This document shows, in pieces, positions 1-9,100 of a stretch of 64,000 nt of DNA. The translations under genes were made by a program, and so were the position numbers. This DNA is from a bacterium (GTDB lineage: Bacteria > Electryoneota > Electryoneia > Electryoneales > Electryoneaceae). Every line of letters begins with the position of its first letter. Within the stretch, counting starts at the first letter, position 1. The stretch is taken from NCBI GenBank assembly GCA_963669175.1, contig OY769902.1, forward strand, positions 4,544,001 through 4,608,000. The letters run 5' to 3'. Under the pieces are notes generated by a model. The model was given only the letters and a program-made list of their open reading frames with translations, ran no database searches and was not told where the DNA came from.

Positions 1-314
1 GCATCATACACCTTGTCTGGAAGCGCATAAAACTGGACTGAGACCATCATCCTGACAAACACGTTGTCCTCAGTTTTTGTCTCAATCTCTACATCGAGTT
101 GTTGAACACGCATATTAACAGAACCAGCCACACGATCTATAAAAGGGACTTTAGTATGTATACCTGGACCTGTTTCTCGAATGAACTTTCCAAATCTTTG
201 GATGATCTTGACAGAACGTTGATGAACTGTAAAGAATGTTGCTTTTAATACTGTTGATGCTAGAACAATCAATACGAAAGCAACAAATATAAATGCGATT
301 TGTGGGGTCAACAT
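1..314 (-). CDS. SPFH/band-7 domain membrane protein, 3' end outside window
   Basis: Not in the ORF track. Manual translation from ATG 314 (RBS GAAAGG) gives MLTPQIAFIFVAFVLIVLA...FFTVHQRSVKIIQRFGKF...PGIHTKVPFIDRVAG...RVQQLDVEIETKTEDNVFV: N-terminal TM plus SPFH signature. Confidence 0.85.
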   Translation of the reverse strand, partial: MLTPQIAFIFVAFVLIVLASTVLKATFFTVHQRSVKIIQRFGKFIRETGPGIHTKVPFIDRVAGSVNMRVQQLDVEIETKTEDNVFVRMMVSVQFYALPDKVYD

Positions 315-510
315 GTTTATCCTTTCGAAGAAATGGACGTATCACGTATCCTGGCTATTATCCCAGGCCGGAAAAAAACATCCGTTCTCAATACAACTAT
401 GTTCTCAGTTTGCCGGTATGGTCGGTTAAAAAGGTTGAGTGTGGAGTGGCTCAAATGCCAAACAAAGCGGATTCAGGTTTGGTAAGATGGATGAAGAATT
501 GTCTTAGCGA

Positions 511-1257
511 TTATGCGCTTTCCGATGTTTCTTTGGAATTGGTCAACAGTCCTCTCTTGAGTATTGTGCTGAGGGTGAGTTTCCACTCTTCCCAAACCGT
601 TTCGTCATGAAAATCACGCTCGTTAATCATCAGTATCAGGGGTGCGAGATAGATCGCACTATAACCGATCGCCAGCAGGCATTCTCGTACGGCTTCAACT
701 GGTAATTCTACAGCTTTGCCTTTCTTGACAGCAGAAAGGTACGCGTCATGAAAATGCAGATTTGCGCCAAGAGGGCCATGTTCCGATACGTCCTTCAGCG
801 CATTTCTCAAATGGACCGCCCCGTCTGCGATCTCACGGCGAAGCAGTGAAGCCCATTGCGGATTGTCGTGAAGCACTGTCATTAAACGTATGGGTGAATC
901 AATCAATTTTTCCTCAGGCGACTGATTTTTACCATCTTCTCCGAAGATGACCGCCAGCATGCTCATACCCTCGTGCTTCAGCACTGATTCGTACAGCTTT
1001 TTTTTACTGCTGAAATAGTAGTGGATCATGACCTGCTTGACCCCTGCCTCTTTGGCAATAGCCCTGGTGCTCGTAGATTTGAAACCGTGCTTGGCGAATA
1101 ACTGGGTAGCAGCGATGAAGATCTTACCAGCCGGTGTGTTCGGGTCAGGAGGCATTGGTGGTCCATCAATCCTTGTCACAGATAGTGTGTCGTCTGAAGA
1201 ATTGAAATAGGGAGCCTTTGATTCCGTAGACAAAGACTTTCCGGCGGATGAAGTCAT
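511..1257 (-). CDS. TetR/AcrR family transcriptional regulator
   Basis: HTH motif IFIAATQLFAKHGFKSTSTRAIAKEAGVKQVMIHYYFSSKKKLY. Start moved to ATG 1257, which has an AAGGAG RBS (ORF track starts at 1365). Confidence 0.9.
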   Translation of the reverse strand: MTSSAGKSLSTESKAPYFNSSDDTLSVTRIDGPPMPPDPNTPAGKIFIAATQLFAKHGFKSTSTRAIAKEAGVKQVMIHYYFSSKKKLYESVLKHEGMSMLAVIFGEDGKNQSPEEKLIDSPIRLMTVLHDNPQWASLLRREIADGAVHLRNALKDVSEHGPLGANLHFHDAYLSAVKKGKAVELPVEAVRECLLAIGYSAIYLAPLILMINERDFHDETVWEEWKLTLSTILKRGLLTNSKETSESA

Positions 1258-1312
1258 GTCGTTCAACTCCTTTTCATGGTCTGCTGTACAATCAGTGGCC
1301 CTAATCTTTCGC

Positions 1313-1359
1313 ATGACACTGTCATATGATATAGACGATTGACACTGTCTATTGACAGT
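1313..1359. promoter_or_regulatory. Putative TetR operator array
   Basis: Palindrome ATGACACTGTCAT (1313-1325), TGACACTGTCT (1340-1350) and TTGACAGT (1352-1359) directly upstream of tetR. Confidence 0.5.
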
Positions 1360-1420
1360 ATACACTTATATTTCCATAAATGCAAGAAGTTTCTTTAGTT
1401 TAATGAGAATAGAGCGGATG

Positions 1421-2862
1421 TGTTTCTCGTCAAAATGCACTTCAAAGCGCCAAGCCGATTTGTATCTAAGTTTCTTGGTGTGCCTCTTCAAAATTCCATC
1501 TGCTTTATCGGAACTGAGTCTTATCGATTCCGGAGGGTACACGAATTCCCCAGAGAACCCAACTTTTCACGCGCCTGAAATAAATCCGTTGCATGAGGCC
1601 TCGGTCAATGTCGTTTCCTTCGCCAACCGATTTCCATACCTTACGCACTCGCCATCAACTGCAGTTGGAAAACCTCCTGCTGCGGCACCAGTTGGCAATC
1701 GTGCAACGAACCAGCAAGAACCCAGGCTTCGGAGTTCAGATCGAGCCCTTATTCTATTCCTGACTCGTTTGCTGAAGAGCTGGAAAGACGCCCTGATCAT
1801 TGTGAAACCGGGAACCGTCATAAAGTGGCACCGTCAGGGCTTCAAGCTGTTCTGGCAATGGAAAAGCCGTCCACGTAAGAAGGGCAGGAATCGTATCAAC
1901 CCCGAGGTCAGGAAACTGATCCGTGACATGAGCCGGGCCAATCCTCTCTGGGGTGCGCCACGCATTCACGGCGAGTTGATGAGATTAGGAATCGAAGTTT
2001 CCGAGGCCACTGTCAGCAGGTACATGGTCAAGCAGAGGAAACCGCCATCCCAGACATGGCGCATCTTCCTGAACAACCACGTGAAAGACATTGCATCCAT
2101 CGACTTCCTCGTCGTGCCGATGGTCAATTTCAAGCTGCTGTACGTCCTGGTTGTCCTTTCACACGAACGGCGCAAGATCGTTCATTTTAATGTCACCGAT
2201 TCTCCTACTGCTGTCTGGACAGGTCAGCAGATCATTGAAGCGTTTCCGTACGACACAGCTCCGAAATACCTAATAAGAGATAATGATAAAATCTATGGTT
2301 TTGACTTCAAGGAGAAAGTCAGAGCCTGTGGTATCACGCCCATAAGAACAGCGTACCGGTCGCCCTGGCAGAACGCCTACTGTGAACGGGTGATCGGTAC
2401 GCTGCGACGTGACTGTATCGACCACATCATCGTTTTCAGCAGAAGACACCTGATGCGTGTTCTGCGCGAGTACGTTGACACCTACTACAACTCCGAGCGT
2501 ACGCACCTTTCACTAGACAAGGATTCCCCCGAACCGAGGCCGATTCAGGATTCAAAATCTGGAAGCATTGTTGAGATGCCGGTTTTAGGTGGACTGCACC
2601 ACAGGTATTTCAGGAAAGCTGCCTGATTGCTGGTGTAGTGGCTGTCAGGTTTGAAGTCTGGTTGGTCGTTGGGTTGGTGAATCAATCTGCGGGATTCTCT
2701 GCCTCAAATCTACAATTTGTGTGATTTTGCTTCATCTCATCCAAGATTTTCCTCATTCCCCTCATGCGAGACTGATTTTTTCTTCCGACTCGACTACATT
2801 TGATCAAAATTCTGAGTATTTCACCCTGTATTTACGCACGGATTGTATTTTGACGAGGGACA
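1421..2862 (+). mobile_element. IS with integrase-core (rve) DDE transposase, IS481/IS3-superfamily-like, copy A
   Basis: Terminal IRs TGTTTCTCGTCAAAATGCA (1421) and TGTATTTTGACGAGGGACA (ending 2862). Transposase motifs NPLWGAPRIHGEL, YLIRDND, SPWQNAYCERVIGTLRRDC, LGGLHHRY. Confidence 0.9.
1593..2626 (+). pseudogene. Integrase-core transposase, frameshifted near 1718
   Basis: N-terminal LENLLLRHQLAIVQR lies in a different frame from PRLRSSDRAL...; one base is missing around AGCAAGAACCC. Confidence 0.7.
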
Positions 2863-2932
2863 GGAGAAAATTCGTCAGGATTTTGAGGTTCTCGCTCTCA
2901 ATTTCGCACGGATTGCATTTTGACGAGGGACA
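2863..2932 (+). repeat. Second, diverged IS right-end copy
   Basis: CGCACGGATTGCATTTTGACGAGGGACA ends at 2932, 70 bp after the near-identical right end at 2862. Confidence 0.8.
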
Positions 2933-3140
2933 GCTGACTCGTATTCAAGGCTGCGGGTGAGAAGTAACTTGTTTTGTTCGATACGAAATCGTATATTGTC
3001 ATGTGACAGTGTCGAACGACTAACCAACACGGCCATTCGCCAACCGACTCGAGTCACCGCCGGGGTTGTACCCACACCAGCCTTTTAGTTTTGCATCTCT
3101 CATGCCCCCTCGGCAGCCCTTGTTTGCAAAGAAAGGCAGG

Positions 3141-6100
3141 ATGATGATGGCTTCCGGTATCGAAACTGCTCGCAAGACCTTCCTCCGAATCCTGGCAACA
3201 TTTCAAGTGAAAAAACTTGTTCAGACTCCTGCCACCGTTGTACAACCGCTTCGTTCCGAATTGTTCAGCGCCGACCAAATGGAACGCCACGGTAGAATCC
3301 TCGCCAATCTCCACCAGACAAAACACTCACGCTCGCGAGACCATCTCCTGCCCAGGTTGGCGGAAAACGAGATAAAGTTACTCGAAGTACAACGATGCCT
3401 GGAAGAGGATATCCGGATCGACCGCAGGATCACCCCTGCCGGTGAATGGTTGCTTGACAACTTCTACTTGATCGAGGAGCAGATTCGGACAGCCAAAAAA
3501 TACTTGCCGAAGCAGTACAGCCGTGAGCTGCCGTACATCGAAAATGGCCCATCGGCAGGACTTCCCCGCGTGTTTGATCTCGCATTTGAAACCATCGCGC
3601 ATGGCGATGGCCGTGTCGATCCGGAGAATCTCAGCCGTTTTGTCTCAGCGTATCAATCCGAGGTTCCCCTGCAGCTGGGGGAATTGTGGGCGATTCCCAT
3701 CATGTTGCGCCTGGCGCTAATCGAGAACCTGCGGCGAGTCGCGGATCGGATCTTTGCCGACCTGACCAACCGGAATCACGCGGAGCATTGGGCGGAACAA
3801 ATGATTGAAGTGGCGGCGAATCACCCGACACAGTTGATCCTGGTCATTGCCGATATGGCACGCTCGAACCCGCCGATGGAGAGCTCTTTCGTGGCGGAAT
3901 TGACTCGATTGTTGCAAGGGCATGGGCCGGCGCTGGCTCTGCCATTGACATGGATGGAGCAACAGTTGTCCGAAAGCGGAGTGACGGTCGAACAGTTGGT
4001 CCGCGCAGAAAATCAGAACCAGTCCACCGATCAGGTTACCATGAGCAATAGCGTTGGCAGCTTGCGCTTCCTCGGGACGATGGACTGGCACGAATTTGTT
4101 GAAACCATGAGCACGGTCGAACAGATTTTATCGCAAGATCCGGTTGATCTCTACAGCAGGATGGAATTTGACACTCGCGACCAGTACCGTCATGTGGTGG
4201 AAAAGGTGGCTCGCAGGAGTCCGCTGTCGGAAAGCGAAGTGGCTGGCGTGGCGATCGAATTGGCACGACAGGGATCGACTCGAGAGGGCGCTGCATCGCG
4301 TGAATCCCATGTCGGCTACTATCTGATTGACAAAGGGTTGCCGCTGCTTGAACGGCAGACAAGCATGCGCTTGTCCCCTGTGGCGAGACTTGGCAGGCTG
4401 CTTAGCAGGTTTTCAGTGCCGCTTTATGCCAGTGCCATTTTTCTCTTTGCCGTGATCACCACCGCGGGCTTTCTTGCCAAGGCATCCTCGGGCGGATTGC
4501 ATGGTTGGGTTCTTGTACCCCTGGCCGCCCTCTTTCTCATCGCAGCCAGTCCGTTGGCCGTCGGTCTGGTGAACTGGCTGATGACATTAACCACCAACCC
4601 TTCGCCACTGCCCCGGATGGATTACTCACACGGAATACCGTCGGAATTTCGAACTCTTGCGGTCATCCCCACAATGCTCACCAGCGCCGCGAGTATCGAT
4701 GCACTGGTGGAAGCGCTGGAGGTTTGTTACCTCGGGAATCGTGATCAGCATCTTCATTTCGGATTGTTGACCGATTTCCGCGATGCCAACAAGGAAACCT
4801 TGCCCGAAGACCAACCCCTCCTGCAACAGGTTCAGCACGGAATTGAAAAATTGAACCACAAATATCGGAGTTTTGCTGGTAACACCTTTTTCCTGTTCCA
4901 TCGACCCCGGCGGTGGAACCCTCGAGAAGGTATGTGGATGGGGTATGAGCGCAAACGTGGAAAATTGTTGGATCTTAACAGGATGCTGCGCGGGGGAGAT
5001 ACGACTCCGTTTGCTGTGATCATCGGGGACGTTAGTGTGCTGTCGAATGTGAAGTATATCATCACTCTCGACACCGATACTCAGCTTGCGCGCGACACGG
5101 CGAGACAGTTTATCGGCACGATGACACATCCGCTCAATCGACCGTTCTACGATGAAAAACACGAACGTGTTGTGGCGGGGTATGGAATTCTGCAACCTCG
5201 TCTTGCGGTTAGCCTCGCCGGTACTCGCTGGTCGCGTTACGCCCGCATGTGCACCACGGAATCCGGGATAGATCCCTACACTCGTGCTGTATCCGATGTT
5301 TATCAGGATCTTTTTGGCGAAGGATCGTTCATAGGGAAAGGTATCTATGATGTAGATGCAATTGAACGCACTCTGGCCGACCGATTTCCGGAGAATCGCA
5401 TTCTCAGTCACGATCTTCTGGAAGGTTGTTATGCGCGGTCGGGATTGCTGAGTGATGTTCAGCTGTATGAAAACTACCCATCTGCCTATTTTGCTGATGT
5501 TAACCGCCGCTATCGCTGGATCCGCGGAGACTGGCAGATTGCTCAATGGGCGCTGCCCCTCGTTCCCAATAAGACCGGTCACACGGTGAAAAACCCGCTG
5601 TCGGCCCTGTCCATGGTAAAAATCTTTGACAACCTGCGACGTAGTGTAACCTCGGCCGGCCTGACCCTGCTGCTCCTGTTGGGTTGGTTTGTCCTGGTTG
5701 ACGCCAGGTTCTGGACCCTGGCGGTGATCGGGATCGTGATCCTTCCCACTTTGCTCGCTTATCCCTTGACGCTGTTGCGGAAACCGGGCGATCAGACTCT
5801 CGCGCAACATCTCTCCGCGGAATTTCAGGTAGTCGCGAATCGCCTCCTTCGGGATGTCTTCACGCTTGTCTGCCTGCCATTTGAAGCAGCCTACAGCCTC
5901 GATGCCATCGCCCGGACCCTATGGCGAATGGTGATCTCCCATCGACGGTTAATGCAATGGAATCCTTCCAGCGATGACTCCCAATCGGATCAAGTGGACA
6001 TCGCTCGATCCGTGCGGAAAATGTGGAGTGGTCCATTTGTCGCCATAGTGGCCTTTATCGGCTTGGTTCTGTTCGACCCGGCTGCACTGATGTTCGCAGC

Positions 6101-9100
6101 CCTCCTGCTGGGGCTCTGGTTTTTCTCGCCGATCATTGTCTGGTGGATGAGCCGTCCGCCAGGGCGCCGGCTGGAAAAACTCTCAGCGGATCAAATCGTT
6201 TATTTGAACAAGCTCGCCCGGAAAACATGGTCATTCTTCGAGACCTTCGTTGGCCCCGAGGATCACTGGCTTCCTCCCGACAATTACCAGGAACAACCGG
6301 TTTCCGCGGTTGCGCACCGAACGTCACCAACCAACATCGGACTGTCACTCCTGGCCGCATTGGCCGCATACGACTTTGGAATGATCTCAGCAGGAAAATT
6401 GATTGATCGCACCGCACACACCTTTGCGACGATGGCGAGCCTGGAACGATATAAAGGCCATTTCTTCAACTGGTATGACACTCAGACCTTGAAACCCTTG
6501 TCCAATTACATTTCATCGGTTGATAGCGGAAATCTGGCGGGCCATTTATTGACGTTACACCCGGGGTTGCTTGGGTTGATTGAAGAAAAGATCGTCGGCC
6601 CCCGGGTCTTTGACAGTCTTCGCACAAGCCTCGAGATATTGAGAGACACGATGGCCGTTTCGCAACGGCCGGTTTCGTTGGACCCCCTGGACGAACTCCA
6701 ACAGATCCTGACGGCTGCACGTACCCCCCCAGCTTCGCTAATCGAAACGAAACAATTGTTGCAGAAACTGGTGACCAGCTCATCCCACCTTATTGCACAT
6801 CTAGAGATCAGCCAATCCGCCCCCCAGGGTGATGAACTGGACTGGGCTCGGGCATTCGCGGTGCAATGTGCGGATATCCTTGACGATCTGACAGAACTGG
6901 CCCCCTGGATTGGTGTGGAATTCCCGCAGCAAGCCGGTGATCGAATATCCAGCCTTGACAGCATTCCCACCCTGCTTGAAGTAGCGGCACTGAGCGGGAA
7001 ACTCCAGCCTGAATTCGATCTCTTCCATCAAATAGACGAATCGGAGGAAAACGGATCAGAAGTTGCCGAACTCGAACGTCTGGTTGTGGAAGGTAGTCAG
7101 CATGCCGCCGCACGGATCGCCATGGTCCAGATGCTGGCCACACAAAGCCAGGACATGAGCCAGATGGACGTTCGCTTCCTCTACAATGAGTCGCGACATC
7201 TGCTGACGATCGGGCATAATGCCGGGAAACAGGAGCAGGATGCTTCGTGCTATGACCTCCTCGCGTCAGAGGCGAGATTTTCCTGTTTTGTCGCCATTGC
7301 TCAGGGCCAGTTGCCGCAGAAGAGCTGGTTTTCCCTGGGGCGACTCCTGACCAATGTGGGCGGAGATCCAGCTCTACTGTCGTGGAGCGGGTCGATGTTC
7401 GAGTACTTGATGCCCCTGTTGGTGATGCCCACATACCCGCAAACGCTTCTTGATCAGACGTGCAGGGCAGTGGTGGCCCGGCAGATTGACTATGGAAACA
7501 AGAGCGGCGTGCCTTGGGGCATTTCGGAATCCGGCTACAACGCCATTGATGCGCAGAGGAACTACCAGTACCGTGCATTTGGCGTTCCCGGTCTGGGCTT
7601 ACAACGTGGACTTGCGCAGGATCTGGTGATTGCACCCTATGCTTCTGCGCTTGCGTTGATGATCTCGCCGTTGGCCGCATGCGAGAATCTCGAAAGGCTT
7701 TCCGGGGCAGGTTATGAGTCTCGGTTCGGTCTGTACGAGGCGATTGACTTCACACCATCCCGCCTTCCGCGTGGGAAATCCAATGCCATCGTCCATTCCT
7801 TCATGGCGCATCACCAGGGGATGAGTCTGTTGTCGTTGGCACGCCTTCTGCTGGATCAACCGATGCAGAAACGCTTTGCGTCAAATCCGCAGTTTCAGGC
7901 GACCATGCTGTTACTGCAGGAACGCATCCCGAAATTGACCTCCAGCTACAAGCCCACAACCGGAAGCTCTAAACTGATTCTGGCCTCAGATTCCTCCGAG
8001 ATCCCTATTCGCGTTTTCACTACACCGGATACGGCCAACCCGCAAGTACAGTTGCTCTCCAACGGTCGCTATCATGTGATGATTACCAATGCCGGCGGAG
8101 GGTACAGCCGATGGAAGGACATCGCCGTCACCCGCTGGAACGAAGATCGAACATGCGATAACTGGGGCAATTTCTGTTACCTCCGCGATGTTGACAGCGG
8201 GGACATGTGGTCGGCGACATACCAGCCGGCACTCAAATCCTCCCCACAATTTGAGGCGGTTTTTTCGGAAGGTCGAGCGGAGTTTCGGGGGAGTGATCAC
8301 AGCTTCGACACCTACTGTGAAATTGCGGTCTCCCCCGAGGACGACATCGAGATGCGACGGGTCCGGGTCACCAACCGTGCGAAAACCAGGCGTGTACTCG
8401 AGGTCACCAGCTATGCAGAGGTTGTCCTTGCCCCTGCCATCGCCGATGCTCTCCATCCAGCCTTCAGCAATCTCTTTGTCCAGACAGAGATCCTGTCCCA
8501 CGAGCGCGCCATTCTCTGCACCCGCCGTCCCCGCTCCCCTGACGAAAAAGCGCCGTGGATGATGCATTTGATGACCGTGCATGGGGCGGATGTGATGGGC
8601 GTATCCTATGAGACGGACAGGATGAAATTCATCGGCCGCGGGAACACAGTCGTCAACCCCGCCGCCCTAACGGACATCGCGGCAGGTGGCAGCGGGGGAT
8701 TGTCGAATAGCGAGGGGTCGGTGCTCGACCCGATTGTCGCCATCCAATACCGGATCGCGCTGGATCCGGGAGAATCGGCGACGGTTTACATGGTCACCGG
8801 GATCGGAGGCACTCGGGAGACGGCTCTCGGTCTTGTTGAGCGCTACCGGGATCGGCGCCTGGCGGATCGTGTTTTCGATCTGATCTGGGCGCACGGACAG
8901 GTGTTGCTGCGTCAGTTGAACGCTATGGAATCCGATGCCCAGCTCTATTTGCGCCTCGCCAGCTCGATCATTTATCCGAACGCCGTGTTGCGTGCCCCTC
9001 AAAGTATCATCCTGAAGAACCGCAGGGGGCAATCTGGCCTGTGGGGGTACGCTATTTCCGGCGATTTGCCGATCGTTTTACTGCAAATCGAAGATCCGGC

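Noticed and set aside
151-610. Short ORFs in the ORF track at the window start
   Set aside because: They overlap the better-supported SPFH and tetR genes and lack motifs.
1352-1720. N-terminal extension of the 424-aa transposase ORF
   Set aside because: It starts outside the IS left IR; the real N-terminus is in another frame.
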